Shown: one piece after another, positions 22,515 to 33,959 of the stretch
How positions within the stretch are numbered: position 1 is the stretch's first letter
How the letters are laid out: each line of letters starts with the position of its first letter
NCBI GenBank assembly: GCA_963696985.1
Contig: CAVOMG010000001.1
Location: 299,024-363,023 of the forward strand
Origin: an uncultured Thermoplasmata archaeon
GTDB lineage: Archaea; Thermoplasmatota; Thermoplasmata; Lutacidiplasmatales; UBA184
Length of the DNA: 64,000 nt
Reading direction: 5' to 3'
Made by a program: the position numbers and the translations under genes
The notes under the pieces: model-generated
Told to the model about the DNA's origin: nothing
What the model saw: only the letters and a program-made list of their open reading frames with translations
The model's database searches: none

Positions 22515-22596
22515 GGTCCGCTGGGCCGCAAGGGGCCCGCGACGTATAACTGGGGACGCTTTCCTTCGGGCAACCGAGCGCGACCGAGCGGAACCG

Positions 22597-24604
22597 TTAC
22601 CCGGTCGCCTTCGAAGGTCGGGCGTTCAACCATCGCTCGAACGCCTCGAAATTGAACGGCCGGCCCAAGAAGCGCTTGACGAGCTCGGCCGCCGGTCGCT
22701 CGCTCGCGGGGGCGAGGATCTCCCGGGCGTACCGACGAGCCAACTCAGGATCGGCGAGGGTCCCCTTCTCCTCGAACGGCCGAAGAAGGTCGCGGGCGAT
22801 CACCAGCGACCAGACGTAGGTGTAGTAGAACGCCGAGTAACCGGTGAGATGGCCCCAGCCGGCCTCGGTGTGATAGTCGGGGTCGAGGGGGATCGGCGCG
22901 TGCCGATCGTACGATTCGCGCATCACCTTCGCGGAGTCCCGGCCGGCCGGATCGTGGGAGTAGAGCTGGAGGGACGCCTCCGAGAGCGCGACCTGGCGGG
23001 CCCACCGAGAGGCTCGTCCGAACGACTCGGACGCCTTCAGCAGCTCGAGGATCTCGGTCGGGATCGGCGCCCCCGTGTCCGGATCCCGGGCGAACCGCCG
23101 AAGGGTTGGGGGGTCCCGGGCCCACTCCTCGAAGAGCTGCGAGGGAGCCTCGACGAAGTCCCATTCGATGAGCGACGGGGAGTCGAAGAGCCAGGGTGCC
23201 CGGCCCGAGAGCATCGCATGGAGGAGGTGGCCGAACTCGTGGAAGAACGTCACCACGTCCCCATACTCCATGCGGGCCAGGGTGGGGTCTTCTCGAGGGT
23301 CGAGGAAGTTGCAGACGAGGGCGCTCTGGGGGAGTTGGCGATCGAGGATCCCCTCCCGGACCCCGAAGCAGGCCGCGTGGCTGTACTTCCCGTCCCGGGG
23401 CACCATATCGAGGTAGAACCGGCCGATCCGCCTGCCGTCGAGCGCGATGTCGTACGATTCGGCGGTCGGGTGCCAAAGCCGTTCCCCTACGACCCGCCGG
23501 AAGGTGAGGCCGAAGAGCTCCCCGCACAAGGCGAAGAGGCCGTCGCGGACCGGCCCGTAGGGGAGGTAGCGCCGCAGAGCCTTCGTGTCGACGCCGTACT
23601 CCTCGGAGCGGATCTTCGTCGAGTAGAACCCGTCGGCGAAGAGCCCGATGTCCCAGTTCTCGACGCGCGAAGCGGACGGATCGTCGCGGCGCTTGCGGGC
23701 GAGCAGACGATCGAGGTCGGCGAACGCCGCGCCTCTCGTGAGCTCGCCCACACGTCCGAGGAACTCTTCGGCCGCGGCGGGCGTGAGCATCATCTTGTCC
23801 TCGAGGGCGAAGCTCGCGTAGTTCGGGTATCCGAGCGACGTCGCGAACTCATGTCGGAGCGCGAGGAGGCGGTCGAGTACCCGGGGCGTTCTCCGGGTAG
23901 GCCTTGTTGGCGAACTCGGCGAGGAGGGCCTTGCGCATAGGCGCGGCCTCCGCGTAGGCCATGACCGGCCGGAAATCCGGATAGTCGGTCGTGATCCGGA
24001 CCTTTCCCCTGGCATCGGCCGGGTGGGCCCGAACGTAGTCTTCCGGCAGGCCGGCGAGCGTCGCCGCGCCGTCGACCTCGATCGACCTACGCCCGTTCGC
24101 GATATTCTCCATGTATTGGTTCGAGACCCGGTCGATCTCGTTGGTGAGTTCGAGCAGCCGCTTCCGGCGGTCGGCGTCCTGTTCGACGCCGGCCCGCCGC
24201 ATCTCGCGGAGCATCTTTGAGACCGCGAACCGGGTGGGCTCGTCGGCGGACGTGAGATCGAGGCGCTCGAGCGATCGGTAGATCGCCGAGTTGAGACGGA
24301 AGGAGTTGAAGAACCGGTCCGCAGCCTCGGAGACCTCCCGCCCCGCGGCCCGGGTGGTCTCCTCAGGATGGACCGCGAACAGGAAGCTGCCGTGGGCGCT
24401 CAGGTCGCGGACCTCGGTGAGGAGGCGATCGAGCGGCCGAAGGAACGACTCGATCGACGGCGGATCGGCCGTCCGCTCGAGCCCGATCAACGCCTCCGCG
24501 GTCCGGGCGAGCCGCGCCTCGGCCCGCTGTCGAAGCTCGACCGGCGCGAGGTCGAACGTCAGTTCGTCGAGCGTCGGTTCGAGGGGAACGGTCGGGTCCG
24601 TCAC
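22597..24604 (-). CDS. M3 family (thimet-like) oligopeptidase (frameshift near 23880)
   Basis: TFFHEFGHLLH, DFVEAPSQLFE, YYTYVWS. Confidence 0.93.
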
Positions 24605-24765
24605 AGAACGCACTCGCAGGAACGGGAACCGGCCGGGCAAATAGGTTAGGGGGGCCCTGGTGGGCCGGCCTCAGCCCGGTGGTCGATGGCTCGGGAATCG
24701 GCGAGGCGCGCGGATCTTCCCGCGGCGACGGGAGACTTCAAGGGGAGGGGGACGGTGCCACGGAC

Positions 24766-25710
24766 ATGCGCGCACTCGCGATCCGGGCCTTCAAGGCCGC
24801 CCCCGAAGTGATGGACCTCCCGAAACCGACGCCGGGCCCCGGGGAGATCCTCATCCACCTCGGCGCGGCGAGCGTGAACCCGATCGATTGGAAGCTCGCC
24901 GACGGCGTGAGCGGAGGCGACGCTCCCCACGTCTTCCCGTTTATCTACGGGGTGGACGGGGCCGGGGTCGTCGAGGCCGTCGGGTCGGGCGTCTCCCGGT
25001 TCAAGGTCGGCGACGGGGTCTTCGGCCAGCTCCTCCATCCACCCCTGGGCGTCGGGACGTACGCCGAGTTCATCACGATCCCCGAGACCCATCCCATCGC
25101 CCCGATCCCCCGGGGGATCTACACCGCCCAGGCCGCGGCGGTCCCGACGGCCGGGATGACGGCCTTGACCGCCATCGATGCGCTCGGCCTTCGCAAGGGC
25201 CAGACCCTCCTGATCCGCGGCGCGAAGGGCGGCGTCGGGTCGTTCGCGACCCAGATCGCCTCGAATCTCGGGATCCTCGTCGTGGCCACGAGCCGCGGGG
25301 ACCATGGCGCGTACATCCGCAAACTCGGCGCCTATGAGTATTTCGACCACGATCGGATCGGCTGGACTCGAGACTACCGCGGCGCCCACCCCAGCGGCGT
25401 CGACGCCGCCCTCGAGCTTGTCGCGTCCGAGCACACGCCCGATCCAACGGTGGGACTCGTACGGGACGCAGGGGTGGTCGCCTCTACCATGCTGCGCTCG
25501 AGCGGAGCGGTGGCGCTGGAACGGGGGATCCGCTCGTTGGCCGTCAACCTCGCGCCATCGACCGATCTCCTCGACCGGCTCTCCAAGGAGATCTCCTCCG
25601 GACGCCTTCGCATCCCGCTGGAGGCCCAGGTCCCGCTCGCGGAGGCGCCCCAGGCGGTCGATCTCAACCGGCAAGGCCTCGGGCGTGGCAAGACGGCCAT
25701 CCTCATTTGA
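24766..25710 (+). CDS. NADP-dependent quinone oxidoreductase (MDR family)
   Basis: AASVNPIDWK, GVDGAGVV, GAKGGVGS. Confidence 0.9.
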   Translation: MRALAIRAFKAAPEVMDLPKPTPGPGEILIHLGAASVNPIDWKLADGVSGGDAPHVFPFIYGVDGAGVVEAVGSGVSRFKVGDGVFGQLLHPPLGVGTYAEFITIPETHPIAPIPRGIYTAQAAAVPTAGMTALTAIDALGLRKGQTLLIRGAKGGVGSFATQIASNLGILVVATSRGDHGAYIRKLGAYEYFDHDRIGWTRDYRGAHPSGVDAALELVASEHTPDPTVGLVRDAGVVASTMLRSSGAVALERGIRSLAVNLAPSTDLLDRLSKEISSGRLRIPLEAQVPLAEAPQAVDLNRQGLGRGKTAILI

Positions 25711-25858
25711 GTCGACGGAGATCGTTCGGGCCAACGCCCTTCGGTCGGGAGGCTTCGAAGAGTTGATGGCGGGCGGCGAGGTCCCGGCGGCTGCCCCGAT
25801 GGTCCGATCCTCTTCCCAGCGGCGACCGAGGAAGCCGGCGCGCGCCGGAGTCGATCGC

Positions 25859-26470
25859 ATGCGACCCGGAGGAGCGTCGTCGACCGACGCCGCCCGTTAC
25901 ATCGCGATCGAGGGAATCGACGGAGCCGGCAAGACCGGCCTCGTCGAACTTCTGGTGCCGTCGCTGATCTCGCGGGGACATGCGGTCTCGCGACTGCGCG
26001 AACCTACCGACGCCTTCCTTCGGGCCCAGGGCGCCCGGATGCTTTCGAACGACCCGATCGGGGCCGCGCTCTGCTTCACCGTCGACCGAGCGATGCTCCG
26101 CCCCGAGGTCGACCGATGCCTCGATCGCGGGGAGGTCATCGTTCAGGACCGATCGTTCTACTCGACGCTCGCTTACCAAGGGGCGAAGCTCGACCGCGCG
26201 ACGTCCCAAGAGATCGAGCGGATCGAGCGTTCCGTCGCCCGCGAACCGGACGTCGTCCTCTACCTCGATCTTCCGGTCGACGTGGCGATGGGCCGGGTCG
26301 CCCACCGGGGCCACGCCGATGTCTTCGAGGACGCCGCGTACCTCGAGGAGGTCCGCCGCAGGTTCGAGCGATTGTTCCAACCGCCTCGCTGGGTCCGCCT
26401 CGACGCCCGGGCGACGCCGACCGTGATCCGGGACGAGGCGATGCGGGAACTCACCCGACGCGGTCTATAG
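25859..26470 (+). CDS. tmk: thymidylate kinase
   Basis: IAIEGIDGAGKT, REP, DRSFYSTLAYQ, PDVVLYLD. Confidence 0.92.
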   Translation: MRPGGASSTDAARYIAIEGIDGAGKTGLVELLVPSLISRGHAVSRLREPTDAFLRAQGARMLSNDPIGAALCFTVDRAMLRPEVDRCLDRGEVIVQDRSFYSTLAYQGAKLDRATSQEIERIERSVAREPDVVLYLDLPVDVAMGRVAHRGHADVFEDAAYLEEVRRRFERLFQPPRWVRLDARATPTVIRDEAMRELTRRGL

Positions 26471-26497
26471 ACATCGGGCCCCGGACCGGCGTCGGCC

Positions 26498-27004
26498 CTA
26501 GCCGGGGGCGGAAGGTCCTTCCGAAGGCTCCGGCAACCGCCGTCCCATCAGGACCTCCCCCCGCACGATGCGCATCCGACTGCGAAGTCCCCACGCCCCC
26601 AGACCGCCTTCCTGGTAGCCCTTCTCGTCGCGGTCGACCACTCGGAAGCTTCGGGACCGGAAGAGCGACTCCGAGGCCCGGTTCCCCTCGGTGACGACCG
26701 CGTAGACGATGCGGGCGCCATGCAGAGCGAGCCACGCCAGGGCATCGTCGAGCAGTTTCGCCCCGATCTTCCGCCTCCGAAAGTCAGACCGTACCGCGAC
26801 GTAGTAGACGTAGCCCACTTCAGGGGTGAGCCTTTCGAGCATCGCGACGCCGAGCACCTCGCCGGGACGCTCCCATGCCCGGACCCACGTCGCCTCCCGG
26901 AGCGTTCGCTTCGCGTGCCAACGATAGATCCCCGTGAACGCATCGATCAACACCGGGACCGCCCGATCGCGTTCCGGGCCTTCGAGCGAGACGATCCCCT
27001 CCAA
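26498..27004 (-). CDS. GNAT acetyltransferase
   Basis: YVAVRSDFRRRKIGAKLL, NRASESLF. Confidence 0.85.
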   Translation of the reverse strand: MEGIVSLEGPERDRAVPVLIDAFTGIYRWHAKRTLREATWVRAWERPGEVLGVAMLERLTPEVGYVYYVAVRSDFRRRKIGAKLLDDALAWLALHGARIVYAVVTEGNRASESLFRSRSFRVVDRDEKGYQEGGLGAWGLRSRMRIVRGEVLMGRRLPEPSEGPSAPG

Positions 27005-27141
27005 TAGCCCGCTCCCCGCGCGCCTTGCACAGCGCCGCCGCGAAAGGCCCTATCGGGTCCGGCCCCGCGAAGCCATGGGGTCTACCTTCTCCGCCCAGGA
27101 TGCTCGCACCGCAAGACGGCCCTCGGGTACGAATCGGCCGG

Positions 27142-28500
27142 CTACGATGACGATTCCGAGGCCGTGGAGGGCGTCGCTCCGAGCACTGGTGGCGCCGCCG
27201 AAGGGGCCATCGAGGACTCCGGGGCTGCGGAGGCGGCGGTCGAGGGTGCCGGCGCGGCCGTGATCCCCCCGAGGAGTCGGGCCAGGATCGACATGGTCGC
27301 GAATGATATGACGAAGATCACGACGAGAACGGCGGCGATGCCGAGCGCCTCGACCCCGAGCTGATGGACCGCCGCCCACCCGCCCCCAAAGAGGAGGCCG
27401 TTCGGAAGTGCCGTCGCCCCGGAACCGACCGCGAACGCCGTTTCCGCGAAGAAAGGGATCATCAGCACCCCGAAGACCCCTCCGACGAGGTGGCCCGGGA
27501 AGAGACCGACCGGATCGGAGTACCACTTGACCTTGGCGAGCGCCTTCTCCGCACCAAGGAACAGCGGACCCCCGAGGAGGCCGAGGATGATCGCGCTCCC
27601 AGGGCTCACGTAGCCGGCGATCGGGGTGATCACGATGAGCCCCATCAGGATCCCGTTCGCTCCCCACAGCATGTCCGGCCGGGTCCCATCGACCAAATAG
27701 CAGGTGGCGAGCAGGGAGCAGAAGGCCGAAGCCGCCGCGAGGAACGTCGTGAGCATGACGACGATCGCCTCGTCGTTGAACTGGAGGACGCTTCCCGGAT
27801 TGAAGCCGAACCATCCGATCCACAGGAGCAGGACCGCGAGGGTGAGCCAGCTCGGCTGCAGACGGAACGGGACCTGGGGGCTCTCCTTCAGACCCCGGGC
27901 CCGTTCCTCCCGCCAGACCTGGACGACGATTCCGAGCCCGGCCGCTCCGGCGGCGCCGTGGACCACGAGACCTCCCGCGAAATCGACCATGCCGAGCTTT
28001 GCGAGCCAACCCGAGGGGTTCCAGATCCAGGCGGCCGGGAGGTCCCAGATGAGCAGGAAGTAGACCACCGAGTAAAGGCCGATCGCGGTCAGCTTGACCT
28101 TGCGGAGGAAGATGACGCCAACGAGCGCGAGCGTCACCGCGGCGAAGGCGGTCTCGAAGAGGAAGTAGGTCCCCGTCGTGAGTCCCTGTGCCTGGACCGA
28201 CCACCAGACGTCCGACGCCGGCAGGACCGACGAGGAGGAGAAGCCGCCCAAGAAGAATCCGGGGCCGTAGAATGGGTTGCCGATCAGCCCGTTCCACGTC
28301 GGCGCGAAAGCGATGTTGAATCCGGCCGCCGCCATCAGCACGAGGGCGGCCCCCGTCATGAACGACGTCTTGAGGAGGCTGAAGTTGAACGCCTCGCCAA
28401 GCTCACCGATCTCAAGGAGCCCGACCGCGATCGTCATCGTGAAGACGAGGAGCCCCGCGAGCAGGACCCACAGGTTGTTCACGAGCGGGTCGGGGATCAC
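27142..28500 (-). CDS. amt: ammonium transporter
   Basis: DFAGGLVVH, WIGWFGFNPGS, second His in FPGHLVGG, about 11 TM helices. Confidence 0.95.
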   Translation of the reverse strand: MIPDPLVNNLWVLLAGLLVFTMTIAVGLLEIGELGEAFNFSLLKTSFMTGAALVLMAAAGFNIAFAPTWNGLIGNPFYGPGFFLGGFSSSSVLPASDVWWSVQAQGLTTGTYFLFETAFAAVTLALVGVIFLRKVKLTAIGLYSVVYFLLIWDLPAAWIWNPSGWLAKLGMVDFAGGLVVHGAAGAAGLGIVVQVWREERARGLKESPQVPFRLQPSWLTLAVLLLWIGWFGFNPGSVLQFNDEAIVVMLTTFLAAASAFCSLLATCYLVDGTRPDMLWGANGILMGLIVITPIAGYVSPGSAIILGLLGGPLFLGAEKALAKVKWYSDPVGLFPGHLVGGVFGVLMIPFFAETAFAVGSGATALPNGLLFGGGWAAVHQLGVEALGIAAVLVVIFVISFATMSILARLLGGITAAPAPSTAASAAPESSMAPSAAPPVLGATPSTASESSS

Positions 28501-28802
28501 GGGAACGTCCTTCGAGGGGTTCGTGCCGTCAACGGTCGGCCGCGCCTCGGCGGCAGAATCGCATTTCTCGGGGAGGGCTATTTAGGCGTTCGTCTGGACC
28601 GGTCCCGCCCGCGCGCCTCGGATACCGAGGGTCTCGAGGTAGGGATCCCGGGGGATTGCTCGACCTCAGGGACCCTAGGCCTCGGCTGGGTCGCCCTGAT
28701 GACGGCGCAGGGCTCTAGCACGCTAACGGGTGTGATGGAGCCGCTGAATTTAAACTCCAGACCGCGTGTTTGTCGGTGGAGATCGGACCGATGGGCGCGG
28801 CG

Positions 28803-30237
28803 ATGAGCTACTCAGAGGCGCGCTACGACCGCGTCGAGGTTCCGGAAGAGCCGCCGGAGCAGCGGATCCACAGCTTCGACGAGGTCCTGCACTCCTACAC
28901 GAAAGAGGAGGCGATCATGGAGGCGAGCCGCTGCCTCCAGTGCGCGCTCCCGTTCTGTGTCGAGGCCTGCCCGATCACCCAGGATTGCCCGGGGTACATC
29001 GGCCTCGTCGCCGGGGGCGAGTTCGATGCGGCGGCCCGTCTGACCCTCCGGGAGAACCCTCTCGCCACGACCCTCTGCAAGGTCTGCTACCACTACTGCG
29101 AGGACGCCTGCATCATGCGCCACCGCGGCGTCCCGATCGCCATCCGACACCTCAAGCGGGCGGCGATGGAATTCGGGAACGACCAATTAGTCTACGTCCC
29201 CAACGCACCCCGGCACCAACGGGTCGCGATCATCGGAGCGGGCCCCGCCGGCCTCATGGCCGCGTGGGAACTTGGCCTCCGAGGGTACTCGGTCACCGTG
29301 TTCGAGAAGCTCCAGGTCATCGGAGGTCAGGCCGAGGCGATCCCCCACTACCGGATGCCCGGAAGCGAGCTCCTTCAGGACCTCGAGCGGTTCCGCAACC
29401 TCGACATCGCCTTCGTGGCGGGGACGCGGGGCGGCGTTGACGTCACCCCGGAAGGACTCCTCGCGGACGGATACCGGGCAGTCTACATCGCCGTGGGCGC
29501 CTCGAAGGCGGGGTCGCCGGGGGTCCCGGGCGAACAGCTTCCGGGAATCATCTACGCGCTCGATTTCCTCCTCGACGTCAACGAGAACAAGATCGCCCCC
29601 CTCGGCAAGAACATCGTGGTGATCGGCGGCGGCGACGTCGCGGTCGATTCGGTACGCTCCGCCCTCCGGCTCTCGCCGGGCGCCCAGGTCTCGCTCGTCT
29701 ACCGAAGAACGCGCGAGGAGGCTCCCGCCGGCGAGGAGGAGATCCGCGAGACCGAGCCCGAGGGGGTCCGGATGTCACTGGCTGCTCGGGCCCCTCCGCG
29801 TCCTCGGGAAGGAGCATGTGGAGGGGGTCGAGTTCCAACGAATGGAGCTTGGACCGTCCGACGCATCCGGTCGCCGGGCCGTGCGGCCCATCGAGGGCTC
29901 GACCCAGGTGATCGAGTGCGACACGGTCATCATGGCGATCGGCCAGAACGCCGACCTCACCGGCTTCTCGGCGGACCTCAAGCTCAAGATCGGCTCGAAG
30001 GGATGGCCCGAAGGGATCCACCCCGACACGATGACCGCCGTCGAGGGGGTCTTTGCCTCCGGGGGGCGCTCGGTGGTCCATGCAATGGCCGCGGGGACAC
30101 GGGCGGCGGAATCGATCGACGCCTACCTTGCCCACAAGGAAGGGCGGGCACCTATCCCGCGCCCCGACCCGTTCGGTGAGGGCCCCGCCCCGCCGAAGGT
30201 CCCCGAGGGTTACTCCACCCCGGTCTGGAAGCCGTAG
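28803..30237 (+). CDS. GltD/SudA-like Fe-S flavoprotein (frameshift near 29780)
   Basis: EASRCLQC..PFCVEACP, CKVC..CEDAC, IIGAGPAG, VIGGGDVAVD, YRRT. Confidence 0.9.
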
Positions 30238-30247
30238 CCTCGGGCGG

Positions 30248-30877
30248 CTACGAGCCGAAGTACCGGTCGAGCACCGCCCGCAATTCCTGGGGTCGCTCCA
30301 GCCGGACGCCTCGGAGTCCCCATTCGACGGCCCCGGCCACGTCCTCCGCGACGGAATCGAGGTAGAGGATGGCCGAAGGAGGAACTCTCGCCCGGTCGAT
30401 CGCCTCGATGTAGATCTGCTCGTTCGGTTTGGCCATCTCCTCCCGGTAGGAGAGGATCGTGTCATCGAACAGGTCGGCGAGCCCGGCCTTCCGATCGATC
30501 GCCTCGTACATCGGCCCCGGCAGGTTCGAGACCGCGAGGATGCGAACTCCGGTATCCGACCGGAGCGCCCGAAGGCGTTCGACATTATCCGGTACCGGGA
30601 CGACCGCGCTATCGAGCACGATCTCGGTGAAACGTTCGAGAGTGAGGTTGAGCTCGGTGGCGAGCGCGATCTCCCGGAAGAACGACTCCCAGTCCTCGCC
30701 CGACCGTTCGAACGCCGGCAAGCGGTCGTCGAGGGCGGCCTTGAGGCTTCGGGCGTTGACGCCGCTCTCGTCGGCGAGGAGCTGCGCGGCCCTCGACCAG
30801 ACCTCTTCGACGAGGACCCCATTGATCTCGGTCAGGATCGCCTTGGGCGGGACCGTTGCGGCACCGGAGGAGCTCAT
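30248..30877 (-). CDS. HAD-superfamily hydrolase-like protein
   Basis: Variant motif I (TEINGVL), SN, KPNEQIY, YLD..EDVAGA. Confidence 0.75.
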   Translation of the reverse strand: MSSSGAATVPPKAILTEINGVLVEEVWSRAAQLLADESGVNARSLKAALDDRLPAFERSGEDWESFFREIALATELNLTLERFTEIVLDSAVVPVPDNVERLRALRSDTGVRILAVSNLPGPMYEAIDRKAGLADLFDDTILSYREEMAKPNEQIYIEAIDRARVPPSAILYLDSVAEDVAGAVEWGLRGVRLERPQELRAVLDRYFGS

Positions 30878-31036
30878 CGGCCGGGTACTCGCTCCGGCCC
30901 TTAAAGCCGAGGACGGGCCCACTCCGCTGGACTAAGGGATCGAGGGAGCGGACACCGAAACCGGCCGGGGGCCGCCTTCCGGCCACCCTCCGGACGCCCA
31001 GAAACGCTTTAGGCCTCCGGAGATGGGCGGAACCCG

Positions 31037-31324
31037 ATGGCCACGATTGCGAGCCTCCGCGCGAACTCGAGTGCGACGATTGACGGGACGATCACGGCGA
31101 TCTCCGCGGTTCGCGAGGTCAACACGGTCCGGGGACCCTCCCGGGTCGCCGACGCGACGATCCAGGACGAGAGCGGCACGATCGTACTGACGCTTTGGGG
31201 TGACGACACCAAGCGCTACACCATCGGCCAGAAGATTCGGATCACGGACGGCTGGGTGAAGGATTTCCGGGGGAAGCTCCAGATCTCCCCGGGCCGGTCC
31301 GGTCGGATCGAGATCCAACCGTAA
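31037..31324 (+). CDS. single OB-fold ssDNA-binding protein
   Basis: VADATIQDESGTIVLTLWG, ITDGWVKDFRGKLQISPGRSG. Confidence 0.88.
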   Translation: MATIASLRANSSATIDGTITAISAVREVNTVRGPSRVADATIQDESGTIVLTLWGDDTKRYTIGQKIRITDGWVKDFRGKLQISPGRSGRIEIQP

Positions 31325-31398
31325 GCGGCACCCTTTCCGGGCCGATCCCATTGGTCTCGTAGAGGCCGGGCCGGGCGGCCCGCGGGTCGTTGGATCGC

Positions 31399-31932
31399 CT
31401 ACTTGGGTGGGTCGCCTTTCGTCCATGGCTTCGGTGGGGGCACCGACCGGGGCCGCGAGCGCCTTACCGCGCCGAGAAGGGCGACGATGAGCCCGATGAC
31501 CACCACGCCGAGCCCATCGAACCCGCCGCCGAGCGGCTGCGCGACGGAGACCGAGATCGTCGTGGATTGGGTGATCCCCGAGGGGATGATCGCGTAGTAG
31601 TTCCCCTTCACCCCGCTCCAGCTCAACGATCCCGACGGACCATGGCCCGAAGCCACCGGAGTGGGCGAGGTGAAGTTCGAACACGAGGAGTCCGACCCGC
31701 AGTTGTAGACATTGACCTCGACCGCGGCCCCCGAGCTCGAGGTCCAGCTCGTGGTGTACTTCACGCTCGGGGTCAGGAGGGCGAGCGTCGGGTTGTCGTG
31801 GACGATGTCACCGGAGAGCGCCGGAACGCTGCTCGAGCCGACCGACATCGAGATCGGATAGTACCACAGCACGAACCCTGCGATCAGGATCACGATTCCG
31901 ACGGCGACCCACGAGCCTCGCATCGTCCTCAC
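31399..31932 (-). CDS. membrane protein with two TM helices flanking an S/T-rich domain
   Basis: Hydrophobic N- and C-terminal helices. Confidence 0.7.
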   Translation of the reverse strand: MRTMRGSWVAVGIVILIAGFVLWYYPISMSVGSSSVPALSGDIVHDNPTLALLTPSVKYTTSWTSSSGAAVEVNVYNCGSDSSCSNFTSPTPVASGHGPSGSLSWSGVKGNYYAIIPSGITQSTTISVSVAQPLGGGFDGLGVVVIGLIVALLGAVRRSRPRSVPPPKPWTKGDPPK

Positions 31933-31989
31933 GAACGCGAGCCTATCGAGCTATTTAATCGCCCGAGCGGAACTCGGGCCGGTCTCAGG

Positions 31990-33706
31990 TCAGGGAGCGC
32001 GTCGCGTGCGGGCCTTCTTTCGGGGACCGGGCTGGGATGGCTTGCCCTTCGAGATGGGTTCCGGGTCGGCGTTCCACACCGATGAGGGGGGGGCCCAGCC
32101 CCGTCGGGCCAGCCCGACGGCGAGCTCGAGGTCGTCGAGCTCCCCGATGCTGGGGGAACCGGCGCTGACGACCAGCCGTACATCGGCTTGGACGGCCTTG
32201 CGGACAGACGACGCGTCGAGCCCTCCGGTCGGTCCGTTCGGTGACACCTCGAGCGCTGCGCCAGTCCTCTCGGCCCAGCGGATCCAGGCCTGCCCGATCT
32301 CGCCGGACGGCATCGCCGGGTCCGAGCCGAGCGAAAAATGGGCCGCGAACCGTGGGGTGTGCCCCGGATGGCGCTTCTCGGGACCTTCGGGCGGTCCCCC
32401 CGGTCGCGAAGCACCATCGAGAATCACCAGGTCCGCCCCGTCGGGGATTGGGCCCTCCTCCGATCCGTCCTCGATTGGGATCTCCACTCCCACGAGGAGG
32501 CGGGGGACCGGGGCCCCGCTCTTCTTCGGCCAAGCCGTCCGAAGCTCCTCGAGGCGGCGGCCCCAGGAAGGGTCGGTCGGCTTCCCAGGGAGGATCACTC
32601 CGACGTAAGAGAATCGGTACCTGTTCGCGGCCTCCACCAACCGCTCGATCTCTCGCCGACCGAAAGATTCCGGCAGGTGCTGGTGGAGCTCGCCCCGAAG
32701 GTCTGCGAGGGAGAGCAACGTCGGCACTGCCCCCTTCGCCGCCGCTTCGAGCTCCCCCTGGTTCTCCCGAATCTCGGGCGGGATCCACGGAAGGTGGAGG
32801 GCTCGGTACACCTCCTCCTCGGTCCGACCCGCGACCCGCTCCTCCCCGTGGAACACTCCGGTACTCGTTGATCTTCAGGTCCGCGTCCCGCGCAAGGGTC
32901 CGCAGGCGGACGTTGTGGTCCTTCGAACCGGTGAAGTACTGGAGCGCGGCCCCGAACGACTCGGGGGCGACCACCCGGAGGTCGACCTGGATCCCGGGCT
33001 CGTAGCGGACCGTGCATTTCGTGTCGCCTTTCAGCACCACCTGCCGGACCCCCGGCAGCGCGGCGAAGGCGTCCATCGCGCGGACAGGGTCCCGCGATGT
33101 GGCGAGGATGTCGACGTCTCCGATAGATTCCCGGCGCCGTCGGAGGCTCCCGGCGATCTCGACTTGATCGAGCGGCGCCGCCGACGTGACGGCGTTCTCG
33201 ATCCGCCGGGCGATCGCCCACGCAGCCCGCAGCGGGAGACGCCCGGTCCCCGTCGAGGGAGCCTGCTCGACCGCGTGACGGAGGTTCTCGATCTTCTTGG
33301 ACCCGAACCCGGCGACTCCGCCGAGACGACCGGCGTCGATCGCCTCGAGGAGCGCGGAAGGGCTCTCGATCTTGAGCTCGTGGAGGAAACGCGCGGCGGT
33401 CTTCGGCCCGATCCCCGGGATCCGCATCAGCTCGAGGACCCCCGGAGGGACCTCCCGCTTCAGCCGTTCGTAATACTCGATCCGACCGGTATCGAGGAAC
33501 TCTTCGATCTTCGCCCGAATCGCCTCCCCGACGCCGGGGATCTCCGACAGCCGACCGCTGCGACCCATCGCCCGGAGGTCCTCGCCGACCCCAACGATGG
33601 AGCGCGCGGCCCGCCGGTACGCTTCGGGTTTGAACCGTTCGTTCTGCAGGTCGAGGAGGTCGGCGATCCCGAGCAGGATTGCCGCCACCTCCTCGTTGGT
33701 CGACAT
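31990..33706 (-). CDS. polX: DNA polymerase X with degenerate PHP domain (frameshift near 32860)
   Basis: AYRRAA, IPGVG, IPGIGPK, AGSLRR..IGDVDIL, QVDLR, YFTGSKDHN, IPPEIREN. Confidence 0.92.
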
Positions 33707-33959
33707 GGCCGCAGGGCGGGAGCGCGCGTTGCGGGAAAAAGCCCGCGGGAGCGGCGACCTCCGGGTGGGGGCTACGTGCGACGCCCTCCCCAAGGGGATC
33801 GAACCAGCTCGCCGACCTCGGCGGCCCGGGCGATCCCCGGGTCCGCTGGTCGGGTCAGGGCTGGCTTCCGGGACCCTTCAACCCGGCCAAGGCATCGGCG
33901 GCTGCGGGGCCGGCCACGGGCCGGAACCCGGGCCGCCGGGCAGCGGGATCGGCATCCGC

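Noticed and set aside
28696..28760. CTGATGA as a hammerhead core or fluoride riboswitch
   Set aside because: No stem II-GAAA follows, and the GATGGAG and CTGATGAC elements are in the wrong order for the crcB motif
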